A stretch of 56,076 nucleotides of DNA, counting the filler, from Sphacelaria rigidula (lineage: Eukaryota), in assembly GCA_964200075.2 (NCBI GenBank). It is 3 parts of 3 records of this genome, joined end to end, with 100 filler letters (N's around TTAATTAATTAA, not from the genome) between each part and the next. Parts side by side here need not be neighbours in the genome. Positions count along the whole stretch, not along the records: positions 18,735 to 37,357 come from CAXNAA020000824.1; 2 more parts are not named here. The stretch is one strand, 5' to 3'. The position numbers and the translations under genes were made by a program. Positions 25,285 through 36,374 of this stretch are shown in pieces. Under the pieces are notes generated by a model. That model saw only the letters and a list, made by a program, of their open reading frames with translations. It did no database searches and was not told the DNA's origin. The first letter of the stretch is position 1; each line of letters starts with the position of its first letter.

Positions 25285-25582
25285 TTCTTTTTTACCATAC
25301 TGTCAACCTCTTTCTTTATTCGGGACGCGTCCGCAGCCTCAAGGGGATCAACACATCTCTTCCCCCGTATCTGCCTGATATGTTGAAATCAAGCATTGGA
25401 TTATGACTCCTGCACTCCGTCGACTTTAGTGGTATATTCCCGCTACTCACACCTTCACGCCTGCAACGACGAAAAACAGATCCTGCTGAGAAAAAAAATG
25501 GATATGATAGGATTCGAAAGCGTGACCTTCCGCCCTCAATGACCGTTGGTGTGCCATTTAATTTAGACCACCGGGGTGCGGC
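25285..25582 (-). mobile_element. Diverged full-length tRNA-derived SINE in a TRM13 intron
   Basis: Head GCCGCACCCCGGTGGTCTAA...TTCGAATCC. The 3' body TACGGGGGAAGAGATGTGTTGATCCCCTTGAG..GGACGCGTCCCGA aligns with the 9068 family. Confidence 0.75.
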
Positions 25583-25730
25583 GGAACATTTGTAGTTTAA
25601 GGCGTTTCCTCACAGTTCCGTTGAATTGAGCTTGGCGTAAAACAAAGCAAGAACAACTCGCGAAAAAATGCTCTCATGACTGTAGAAAATATTGATGCAC
25701 ATGAGTACGGCCTCGAACAAGAGAACGTAC

Positions 25731-25848
25731 CTTCAGGTGAGATTCGAGCCGATTTTCGGAGACCGTGTGATTGGGGTTCAGCGGACACGGTACCCTCTTG
25801 CCCTCGCCTGTTGAATGTGTAACGCAAAATTCAGAGTCCCTGGACATC
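25731..25848 (-). CDS. TRM13: TRM13 exon with zinc-finger residues (FCVTH...RVPCPLNPNHTVSENRLESHLK)
   Basis: Matches the TRM13 RxPCPLxPxHTVxxxxLxxHLKxC CHHC finger. Acceptor ctgacag in phase 2 and donor AAG|gtacgt. The upstream exon was not located. Confidence 0.93.
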
Positions 25849-25974
25849 CTGTCAGCAGTAGCCGAGAAATTAACGAACCATGCGGTAGTAGGCAAGCACT
25901 CGAATGTTTGCGGAGGTGCGGAAGGCGTCGGCAAATGTCATGTCGAGATGATGGAGGAGAGGGGGGGAGGGAGA

Positions 25975-26078
25975 GGGGGGGGGGTGTACTCATGATCATG
26001 CATGCCATAGTCATAAGACCGGTGACCTCGGACGGAGCACGCCGGGTTTTCGCCGGACCAGGCTCGCACTAATCACCA
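25975..26078 (-). mobile_element. Oligo(C)-tailed retroposon-like fragment, family B
   Basis: G-run plus TGTACTCATGATCATGCATGCC...GGACGGAGCACGCCGGGTTTTCGCCGGACC. Confidence 0.8.
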
Positions 26079-26174
26079 AGTGTTCGACGAGTCGCATGGA
26101 GGTTTAGCTGCATCCTGCTAAGATTGTTCGATCCGAAGCCTTCTGATTATCTTGCATTTGGATGTCAGCCTACA

Positions 26175-26248
<74 letters not shown>

Positions 26249-26271
26249 TAATAAAAATATTATTATTATTA
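26175..26271. repeat. (ATT)n microsatellite, left part
   Basis: Read directly from the sequence. It continues at 27393-27471 beyond the inserted TIR element. Confidence 0.95.
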
Positions 26272-27392
26272 CAAGCTGGTTCAGATTGAACGCCCAAAAT
26301 TCATTCCCCGGGATTTCCTCCCGCCGTTTTTTCGAGGTAGACCACGAAAATTCGCACACATGTTCTTGAGGGCACTATCTAAAATTCGAAAACCGATTTT
26401 TTCAATTATTTTTGTTCGTGTCGAGGTAGTCGGGATCTGACCTCTCCTCCGGTCAAGTAGGTCAACCGCGACCTTGGATAAAAAGCCACCAACGAAGAAA
26501 AATATAGAACCCAGGTCTTCGAGTTTTAGATAGTGCCCTCCAGAACATATGTGCAAATTTTCGTGGTCTAACTCGAAAAAACGGCGTGAGGAAATGCCAA
26601 AACGTGCGCTGAAGTATAAGAAAGTCTGTAATTACTTGATTCAAGTACAGAATCGTCCTTTTGGGGGGCTGTTTTTACGGTAAAAGAGACAGCTGATTCA
26701 GTTTTGCGAGTTGAGCAATGCAAATTGGTACACATGTTCCTTGGGATACCACCTGACCCTGAAATGTCCAAATTTTGGTGTTGGGGCATTCTGTGCCGGT
26801 TTCCTGGGGTCTTCATGCTGGGACCCCCGGAAGCCGGTACAGAACGGAGAAACTTTGAAACCTTGCCAAGAATATAATTTATCTATTTGGAGCATCAATA
26901 CCTGCGGAACTGCCAAGTTTGAGGATGATCTGAGCTTTTCTCCAACAGATAAATGGGAAATCGTCTCGAGGCTCCGTGGGTCTTTCGTACGTATCATGAG
27001 TGGAAATTAGATGACGCCAAAGCTACACATCACCGAAACATGACGGTTTTGGGCAAAATTCGACCCCGTTGGAATCGTTTTCAACTCTGTTTCTCCCGTT
27101 AGATTCCCAAGCTGATGGCGGTTACTACGATTTGAACCATGTGGAGATTCGGTGGAAATTGGGCTTGGAATCCGTGTTTTCAATTTCGGAACAATTTGAA
27201 AGGTGTTGATTGGTCTAGATATATTTTTGTCCATAGCGCCACCGCTATAGCCCTAAACAAAAATCCGGCTATGTTACCCTTTTCGTCCGTTCATTGCGGT
27301 CAGTATGATACCACATTTGTGCATATTGGCTGGGTATTGCGTTCGTCACTAGCCGGGAAATAAATTTTGGGTATTCTATCTGAACCAGCTTG
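26272..27392 (+). mobile_element. Non-autonomous TIR DNA transposon, ~1.12 kb, second copy
   Basis: TA|CAAGCTGGTTCAGAT...ATCTGAACCAGCTTG|TA, inserted in an (ATT)n tract and in opposite orientation to 19444-20568. Confidence 0.92.
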
Positions 27393-27406
27393 TATTATTA
27401 TTATTG

Positions 27407-27471
<65 letters not shown>
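27393..27471. repeat. (ATT)n microsatellite, right part
   Basis: Read directly from the sequence. Confidence 0.95.
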
Positions 27472-27838
27472 TCCGCACATTAGTCCGATCTCTCGAATCC
27501 GTGGTCACAGGCATAGGCTCGTCTTTCCAATACAGTCCCTGCTATTCCTAACAAGACATAGAGTCCCCCATCATTTTTTTCAGAGACTCTGGCCTAATTA
27601 CGTGACCAAGCGCAATTACCTCAAATATTACCAAAATGAAAATAAGAAGAGAGACGCCAAGAAAAACATGAGAAGTAGCTTCCCCGAGTTCAACGGGGTG
27701 AAAAACAAAACCCCGTCAGATCTGCTAAGAAAAGCACACCGACAGAAAAGGAACTTTAAAGAAAAGACATAAAAAAAAAGACAAATGACACAAAGGGATT
27801 CGCAAGGCCACCGGGCGGGGGGCAACTCGAAATTGAGT

Positions 27839-27904
27839 TTCTTCAATTTGTGGTATCGCCACTTCCAGAGACAGCCACGGCTTATACGCCGCCTCATGGG
27901 TGTC
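27839..27904 (-). mobile_element. Short retroposon 3' end (…GGAAGTGGCGATACCACAAATTGAAGAA)
   Basis: Same family as 18735 and 37301, with a GAA-type tail. Confidence 0.75.
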
Positions 27905-28869
27905 TCGCGATTCAAATACTGCGTACTACGATCATCCTGATTGTGTGGAGTTGAGGTTCTCCCGCGCCGCACAACATGATCTAGCTCGACTACCATCATG
28001 GTTACCGCAAAAAAAACCCCGCAAGCGCGCAGAACAAAATCGGTGTCCTGCTTGCCTAGTTTACGCAGTGAGGGGCATGTTTTACAGGGTCATCGCCGAC
28101 CGACGCCAAGCTCATCGGGGGTTCGCCCCTACAAAGCCGGGACGGAGCACGCCGGGTCCTCGCCGGACCAGGGGAGGGAGAGGGGAGGGAGAAAGGGTTA
28201 GGCCACTTGTTGCACATAGTGACCACTTTGAAGCACGGTTGCAAGCAGCAAATTTTATTTGGATACTCGTGGTATCAGCAAAAACCATGCATCCGCGATG
28301 CTTCAAAATGGCCCTACTCACGTTTAGTACAAGCCCCACGACGGGAGTATGGCGTTGTGATAACACACTCATGTTTTTTTTTTCTGCAGTGCAACCAACC
28401 ACTCTCCCTCCCCATACTAGGATCAGTATGTGTTACCCTAGTACGTGAGCAACGCGCACTCAAATATCGGAAATACAAAGTACTCACAAGTTGACTTGTA
28501 TTGATGATTCCAGGTATTGACCGTCAGATCTGAGAGATCGAACTCACTTCAAAATAAGCGATTTCCTCAACGTTTGAAAAACGCCGGGAAAAAGAGTGGG
28601 GGGGGGGGGGGGAGGGGAGGCGGGCTTGGCGTGGGCGGGCTTGATAACAATCTGTGCCAACCACCTGATTCTCGTCTTGGTATGGGCTCAAGGATAATTT
28701 GCGGTATGGTGGAGGTGAAAGTTTGTGGATTCGTCCTGTGAAACTACGGGAAATGCAAATGGAAAAAAACGTCGGGTAAGAAAGTGACCGTGGTTCATTT
28801 TGCTTCGGTCATTCCTAGTGTCCGTTCTCCCACGCGACGCCTTCCTTCATCGAGGATCTGCTTGCCCTT

Positions 28870-28945
28870 GGGGGGGGGCGTACTCATTTGTTGCTTGCCT
28901 TAGTCGTTTGACCATTGACCACGCATCCCTTTCGAGACGGAGCAG
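28870..28945 (-). mobile_element. Oligo(C)-tailed retroposon-like fragment, family A
   Basis: Flanked by the 16-bp direct repeat TGCTTGCCCTTGGGGG (28859-28874 and 28946-28961). It is shorter than the 14859 copy at the end opposite the tail. Confidence 0.88.
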
Positions 28946-29199
28946 TGCTTGCCCTTGGGGGCGAGAATTTATGCGGCACTGCTAAGACGCACCCCGCAGC
29001 AAACACGGCGCCTAACCGCGGCATACATGTGAGAAAACAAAACGGTTTCTCACTTAATTGTACCCGAAAGCGGGTTGTAGGCGGGGGACTGGCGATACCA
29101 ACTCTATATCAAATGGATGTTCTTCCACATGTTTAATGCCGAGCTCCCCTCGCCTGTTGTCAGTTTTCACTTTGTCGAAAAAATAGGCACGGGGATATG

Positions 29200-30065
29200 T
29201 GAGTGCAGAAAGTACCAATTTTGCAACGTTAAAAGGATAGAAATGTTACCCCAGATGGCTCTGGATTTTGTACTCCAAAGGACGTGGAGCATCGTTCGCC
29301 GAACATTTGAGTATTCCGGAGCATTCGACAAATCAATCCGTTCCAAGCGCTGAGTATTCCAGAGTACCTGAGGTACAGACTCCTCCACAGGGCTGAGTAT
29401 TGCAGAGAATCTAGAGTCCCGACCGTTGAAAATACTGAGTACTCTAGAGTACTCACTCAGGTCCTGAGGATTTCAGATTACCTGGGGAATCGACTACAGA
29501 AAATATGGAGTACTCTAGGATACTCCAGGGTACTCCAGGGTACCTGGCCCTCAGCTGGAAACATGAAGTATTCCGGTGTTTTCTGGAGTACGCGCCTCGT
29601 ACACTGGACGATAACCTTCACTGGGTACAGTACAGTGGACATACTGTGGATATAGATACACATCAAGCCACAGCCCAACTAGTTGATCGTTTAATCTTCA
29701 ACCTTGAACTTTCGGTACGACTATGCCAAACTCACATATACTCCACGACGTGGAATATTTCAGGTGTACTCACGATAGAGAGTACAATGCTCCAGGTACT
29801 CGAGGTTTCTAGAGTATTTTTTAGTACCCAGCACTCCGTATTACCTCAAGTATTAATGCATATAAATTACCGAGTGTGTCAGAGTAACTTGAGTATCAAC
29901 CACCAAAAATGCTGGATATTGCAGAGTACCCAGAGTACTCGACTTCTGGAAATACTGAATATTCTTGAAGACCACGAGTGTTGAGTCATTCAAAGCACGG
30001 AGTACTCTAGAGTACCTGGAGTATCGACACCCCATGATTCCCGTACTGGACCTCTGCTTGATTCT
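29200..30065. repeat. Degenerate GAGTACTC/CTAGAG-rich repeat block
   Basis: Dense GAGTACTCT, CCAGAGTAC and CTCCAGGGTAC words, of the same type as 22833-24095. Boundaries are approximate. Confidence 0.65.
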
Positions 30066-30915
30066 GAGCAACTAGGAATTGGAATTTTGCTTCAGAGTCG
30101 GCTAGTTGCGCAGTGGTTGCAGCGGCAGCTCATTGGCTTGTTCGGAACACGCTGCGGCCGACGGTGGCCTAGCGCCACATGACCCCAGCGTACCTCTCAC
30201 GACGGCGTGGCAGTAATCCCCAAACTGCAGGAACAAGCCATTCAGACCTGAAATTTGCCATGTTGAGCCCTGAAGACATTGCTAGCGAGCGCCCGCTGCG
30301 TAGGCGTTGCGCATACACCCTAGCATCACGCATCGTGAGACTGTTCTCACTCACATGTGGGTGCACATGGGACCCGTTATTTCTATTAGATGAGCCAGCA
30401 AATGACCGCAGGGATCTTTGTACGGCGACTCAGAACTGACGCGAGATTCGGCGATTTGTGGACACTCTACTGTAGCGTGATGCGTCTTCTTTTTCAAGCT
30501 CGCTTGCAATAACTGGCAAGATGAAGCATGTCGCACACAGAGGAGGAAGCTGGCATTGATCAAGGGGGGAGATGGTTTGTTAATAGGCTTCACTACACTG
30601 TGTACCCTCCTCACCTATGTTTCCACAGCGAATTGCGCACAGTACACATGAGCTGAACAGGAGATCATGAGGGAAGTGCAGTACAGATTTCATGTTAGGC
30701 GTGACAGTACGCACGGAGCTACTGAGTCGGCACCCCCGGAAGTAACGCTTACCAGCATGCCACAATAACCAATGAGCTTTTCAGTAAGCGCCCTGAGCTG
30801 TTCAGTTAGAGCTGACCGACCAACTTGGTGGCTATCGAAATCTTTCAGCTCGCCCCGTGCAGGGTCTCATGTGTATTTACTCTCACGGGGAAATCGAGGC
30901 ACAGGCGTTACCGTG

Positions 30916-31674
30916 CTATACAGTACAGGACAGCGCGACCCTGACACGGTAGGTAATAGGACGGGGCGTCCCACAGGTTGCGCACTTACCGGAATAACAA
31001 AGCATATTCCGATTGAAGAATAAGCCCTGGAGCACCCCAACATTTGCCAACCCCTTGGACGCGAGATCATTTTTCTCAACAATGTCGCTCGTAGAACACC
31101 GTGGACACTCAAGGAAGCAGGGAGCCAACATGGCAAACAATTCTGGATTCATCATGTCCACACCATGAAGTATTTGGCCTGAAAGACGTGCATTTTTATG
31201 CATGTTGTCTCAAAACATTGCCATAGCTTTGCAGTCGCGTGATGGCAATGAAACGCGCCAAACGCACCGATTCGCTCAGAACTCTTCGAGATCACTGATA
31301 ATATATGTTGTGACCATTCAAGTGGCCAACCCCGCGAGCAAAACCTTCTCGCATCATACAGCCATATTGAAAAGATGGTCCTTACGCTCCGCAGTGTACC
31401 GAAACTTGGGCTCGGTTTTCACGGGCTCATCGGATGTAGCTCTACTTTCTCTGAAGATTGTAATTTTTCTGACGTATCCTTGTTGGCTGCGGTTGCTGTA
31501 CTTTTCCTGCCCACGCGCTCTGACTGGAAAAAAGTGCGAGAGCAGCCCCATCGTTGCCTCGAAAAGGTGCAAGGGCACTGCAGATGGGGTATCGCCCAAA
31601 ATGAAATATTGCACGCGTTGTACGTCGTGATCTTTCGTTTTGCCCCAAGGCATCGGGGAGACAGACATCACCAA
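30916..31674 (-). pseudogene. Interrupted ORF remnant with a CxxC...CxxC zinc ribbon, probably transposon-derived
   Basis: CPRC...LASKGLANVGVLQGLFFNRNMLCYSGKCATC, preceded by protein-like frames broken by stops. The family was not identified. Confidence 0.3.
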
Positions 31675-32299
31675 TTTCTGTGCGTGAACAGTCGAAATGT
31701 GGGGACCACATATGTATCAGCTTAATGAACATGAGAATACATATGTAAGCCGGAGAAACCGTCTCAGGAACGGGGTCTGCCAGCGGCATGCATGAGCGGA
31801 CCCGAAACGTTCAAACATGTGAAACTGGATCTTTGGCAACCTAGGCAACAGAGTCGCCGGCAGAAAGAGCTCGGAGTCATGGGGCCGCCGCATGAACTCT
31901 GGTTGAACGTAGCCAGTACTGCCGTACATGCTCATTCACTTCTTATTCTTGCCTACCATCGGTCACAGAAATGGTTTTCAGAGGCGTGTTCTATCGATGT
32001 TCCGCGATTGTTTTCATGTAAGGTAGGACCGTTCGAAGGCATCAAATATGTGCCTCATCTATCTCCCCCCCCCCCCCCCCCCCCCCACCAAACAAAAAAA
32101 AAAAAAAAAAAAAAAAATCAGAAAAAAAAAAAAAAAAAAAAAAGACAAAAAAGCGNNNNNNNTTTTGAAGGGAGGACCGTTCGAAAGCATAAAAAATTTG
32201 CCTCTTCTTTTCCCCCCCCCCCCCCCCCCCACACACACAAGATATGTAAAAGGTTTCTGTGCAATGTATGGAAGAAACGTAGTGAGCGCCGGAATGTTG

Positions 32300-32402
32300 A
32301 AGGCGTCTCTACTAGGAGTAAGAACGGTGCTCCGTCTCGAAACGGATGCATGGTCAATGGTCAAACGACTGAAGCAAGTAACAAATGAGTACGCCTCCCC
32401 CC
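32300..32402 (+). mobile_element. Oligo(C)-tailed retroposon-like fragment, family A (sense orientation)
   Basis: ...GGTGCTCCGTCTCGAAACGGATGCATGGTCAATGGTCAAACGACTGAAGCAAGTAACAAATGAGTACGCCTCCCCC. Confidence 0.82.
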
Positions 32403-33278
32403 TTGTACAGGGATCTTTTTACACGACATCGCTTACCCTTTTCAGTGCAACCACGGCAGATTTCTTCGCGGTACCTCTTTCGAGTCCAGACTTTCAGACA
32501 TTGCTGTTGCTTTCCAAGAACATGGAGGCTTTTCAGGGATTATTTATTGTAAGGCGCGGGTTCCATTTAAAACGGCCATACTTTACGGCGTTAAATGTGC
32601 TCGGGTAAGAGGGACACACGTCCTCGGGAGACAGGTGTCCGCATCAGCACGGGAAGGCGGCGCTACGTACTCCTGTACCTCACTGGCAAAGGTGCCCGGA
32701 TGGCGACGGATGCACACGTCGGACAGATCTGCTCCCTGGAGCTCGAGCTACAGTAGTGGGCGGTCTAACTATTCATTTTGGGGAATTTTCTTGGGCTCTT
32801 TTCGCTTGCCACCGCTTATCACATCGGGGGTCTGAAAATATTTGTATCCGCTCCACATGCCAAGAAAAAAAAACCATCCGTACGCAGTATCAAGTGACAT
32901 ACGGGCTGACCGGTCATCGGGGGTCCTGCCACGTTTCAGCGCAGATTCTTCTTCTTCTGTATTTTCGGTCGAGGGAGCCCGTCCCGATTATATTTGTAAA
33001 GAGATGTACAGTTTCATTTTTTTGGAATTCTGCCTACTTATTGCACTAGGGCCGAAAAACTGTATTTCGCGGTCAATAACACCCTCCTGATGACCGGGGT
33101 ATTTACTCGTTTCGCCCGATATTACCAACAGGCACTGTGTTTCGAGAATCATCTGTTTTGTTGTACCAAAATCTACCGACGCTAGCAATTTTGACTTCTA
33201 TCGAAGAGAAGTACGCGAGGAAACCCCCAAAACACCCCTAAATACTTAGACCGCCCACTACTGTAGCTCTGTTCAAGC

Positions 33279-33510
33279 GTAGCTCCCTGGTGAGCTATGA
33301 GAGCTACGCATGTTCGCCCTTTTAATAGGTGAGCTACCAACCCGTAGCTCATCAGCTCATCTTCGCCCTGGGTGAGCTATGAGAGTTGAATGAGCTACGC
33401 ACAACTGCACTAGGTGAGCTTCCGGACGTAGCTCATCCGCGCATGTTTGCCTCGGGTAAGCTATATGAGCTACATGAGCTACGCATGTTTGCCCTGGTTG
33501 AGCTGAGAAG
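33279..33510. repeat. TGAGCTA-based ~42-bp minisatellite array 1 (5-6 units)
   Basis: Units begin GG-TGAGCT, and hairpin-type and direct-type monomers alternate. Confidence 0.85.
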
Positions 33511-33937
33511 CTTCGGGGACTACGCCGGTTTTGGAGTTGTTTCTGTTCCGATGCTCATGCACGTTGATACGTGAAAACAGTTGAATGTGTACACACCTGT
33601 GTTTCGTTTTGTGCGGCGATGGATTTGCTTCTTGTAAACATCAAGATGACTGTATCAGAAGCCACCCGCACCGTAGCCACCAAACCTGCCCACAACCACA
33701 CACGCACAACCAACCCTACATGGCGACCGCCGGGGGAGCAGCTCTAGCTGCGCTTCAGTCGGAAATGATGCCGTTGATCTGGATCCTCCTCGAAACGGGG
33801 TCGATGTGAAGGAAGAAGTGAACACACATACAATATTTGAGTGCTTGACCATTTGGTCGTGAGGGTGGACGATCTGTTGAATCGGCATCGTTCAGACCCG
33901 AAAAATGATATGAAGTATGCTGATCAAACAGATCGCC

Positions 33938-33979
33938 TACCCTCGAGGTCAAAGGGTTAACCCTTTGACGGCGAGCGTA
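33938..33979. mobile_element. piggyBac-like end-TTAA-end junction
   Basis: Perfect palindrome GTCAAAGGG-TTAA-CCCTTTGAC (33948-33969), extending imperfectly to a 19-bp TIR CCCTTTGACnnCGAGnGTA. Confidence 0.65.
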
Positions 33980-34277
33980 AGCCATCTATTGAATCGGCTT
34001 CAGCTTCACTTGGACTAAGTATGCATGACCAGATGGACTCGTACCCTCGCGGCCAAGCGGTCAAAAGAAATGAAGTGGTCGATTATTGGAGGCACCGGAT
34101 ATGAATCTGTTTCGAACCATTCGACCATGCGAACGACGATTTATGTTGACTTTTCTCGCCGCGAAGAGCGAGGCAGAACACCACAACTTAGCGATATGTT
34201 ACGCCATCCGTTCGGATAAGAATGTAACATCATGAGCGACACCGGGTTTGCCAGCGGCGCGCTATGCACATGACGTG

Positions 34278-34785
34278 AGTGAGCTATGGGCATGTGTTCC
34301 CGGGGTGAGCTACCGGGCGTAGCTCATCCGCTCATGTTTTCCCTGGGTGAGCTATCAGAGGTGCGTGACTTACACATGCTTGCCTTGGGTGAGCTGTCGA
34401 GTGTTGCTCATCCGCGGGTGTTTTCCCTGGGTGAGCTACAAGAGGTGCGTGACTTACACATGTTTTTTCCTGGGTAGGTACAAGAGCTGCGTGAGCTACA
34501 CATGTTTTTCCTTGGTGAGCTACTAACCCGCAGCTCATCCGCGCATATTTTCCCTGGGTGAGCTATGAGAGCTGCATGAGGTACGCCTGTTGCCCTGGGT
34601 GAGCTACCGATCCGTAGCTCATCAGCTCATATTCGCTCTGGGTGAGCTATGAGAGCTACATGAGCTACGCATGTTTAATCCTGGGAGAGCTACCGACCCG
34701 TCGCTCATCAGCGCACGTTCACCTCGGGTGAGCTGTCGGACGTAGGTCGCATGTGCATGTTTGACTATAAGTGAGCTGTCCGACA
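34278..34785. repeat. TGAGCTA-based ~42-bp minisatellite array 2 (~12 units, ~84-bp dimer)
   Basis: Units such as TGAGCTACCGATCCGTAGCTCATCAGCTCATATTCGCTCTGGG alternate with TGAGCTATGAGAGCTACATGAGCTACGCATGTTTAATCCTGGG. Confidence 0.9.
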
Positions 34786-36322
34786 TGTGAAAGGATGCAT
34801 GCCACCCCGGAGGGAGGAAGCGCACAGTACACGAAATGTATTCGTGGCTATGGACAGTGTTACCCCGAAAGAAAAAACAAATCACAGGTAGGTAGAAGCC
34901 CGCACACAAGAGTCATTGTGTACGACTTCAGGTGGAACCAGGCACAAAGTAGGTGCGCTTCACACGACCGGGAAGCTCCACACCAAGGAGCACAGGTCCG
35001 ACACGCGACATCACTGCGAAGCTGTGGAGAAGGCAGGAGAGCTGGCGCTGGTTTATGGCTGAAAAGGTGACGTTTAAGTGACGAACTACCGTGTTGGATG
35101 CAAGAGTACTGTTGCTATGCACCCGTAGCATGCGGAGACAAAGTTATGTCGATGTGTGGCGTCCACGCAGGTCGAATCGGGTCTGCAGCACAGAGACGGT
35201 GTTGCCCATCACGTATACATTCCATGGGGAAAAGAACTGCGTGAAATGGTTCAGGGCGTACTGTTCGCGCCACGATTACCCGCAGGCCCCCCTGGTGGAG
35301 AAGTTGGACCCCGTGAAGTTTGACAATTGCACCACTTTCTTCATAAATCCCCATATAAACACAGCCATCTACTGCTGCACCCTTCTGTATTTACGGTACT
35401 GTAATTGATGAACGTTAATTTTTTGTACTGTATCTGAAGCACAATAATTGTGGTGCTGCACTTACTGGACCGTTGAATACTGACTGCGAGTGTCAGTATA
35501 CACCGAAGGGTTACGTAGCATGTATCTTTGGTTGCAATGCTGTACACTGTACTGGACATGGACACCTTCAGGGCACGTTGATTGGCCCACAGGGCGACCA
35601 CGCACGGCGACACCGTCGGTGTCGGGCTGCAACACACGTTGCACTCCGATCCGCTTGTGTTATTTGCAGCGCCCGTGCCGTGCGGTCTGTAGAGGTGTAC
35701 CGTGATTGCTGGTAGCTGTTATGTCGGTCTAACCCTAAGCACGCATGCAGCGGGCGATGCAACCACCGGTGCCCTGGCCCTAGACTACATTGGTCAGGCA
35801 CCTGATATATGAAGCCTGTGTCTTCATGTCGGCTGTGCCCGTGATGGGAACACAGCTTAAAGGAGTGGGGCATCATCTCAGCGTGTCCCGACGTTCACCT
35901 TAACAACAACCGATTGTAGAGATGACGTTGACCGCAAAAATGAGGCTCCAGCCCAGAAATAGTGCTTTCCCAACACGTACGATGACTTGCTGTGTTCGCA
36001 TCATGCTCCTCTATCGCACAGGTACTTATTCATAGCGGTTTGTCGACTCCGTGAGCTCCTATCGCTGGGCATAACTCTCGCCCCCCCTCATACCCCACCC
36101 CCCCCGAACATATCCACGAAAAGTATAAATGGATGGCTCAATGGCGGAAATTCATGGCGTCGGTAAAACGCTCCGACAAAGTATATACGCAAATAAGGAG
36201 CATCACGACAACCCGGAGGGTCACTGCAAGTGTGGGGAAAGCACTGTATTGGAGTTGAATACCGTGTTCGTGGAGACCTAATCGTATGAATTTGTCTGTT
36301 TGATATTCAACGGGGCTGCCCC

Positions 36323-36374
36323 CGGAGGAGGGGGTGTACTCACGATCATGATCATGAGTACACCCCCTCCTCCG
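36323..36374. repeat. 52-bp near-perfect palindrome made from a family-B element end plus flank
   Basis: CGGAGGAGGGGGTGTACTCACGATCA-TGATCATGAGTACACCCCCTCCTCCG, with one mismatch. Confidence 0.9.

Noticed and set aside
26124-26369. Poly-Ile ORF (also poly-Leu 27404-27772, poly-Lys/Pro 31792-32608, VC-repeat 16852-17553)
   Set aside because: These are translations of microsatellites and homopolymer runs.
26711-27010. ~100-aa ORF open in both copies of the 1.1-kb TIR element (also 19826-20176)
   Set aside because: It has no ATG start or transposase motifs, shows many non-conservative differences between copies, and overlaps a DNA hairpin. It is probably open by chance.
28322-28383. Candidate first TRM13 exon (KKHECVITTPYSRRGACTK, with AG/GTGAGT borders)
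   Set aside because: It ends in phase 1 in that frame, whereas the next exon needs phase 2, and the phase-2 frame contains a stop.
30206-30290. Candidate TRM13 start exon (MSSGLNM...LLPRRRER)
   Set aside because: The phase fits, but it lacks the two cysteines expected for the first zinc finger, so it cannot be supported.
33279-34785. CRISPR-like array (regular repeats with hairpins)
   Set aside because: The intervening sequences are themselves homologous rather than unique spacers, no cas genes are present, and the context is eukaryotic.
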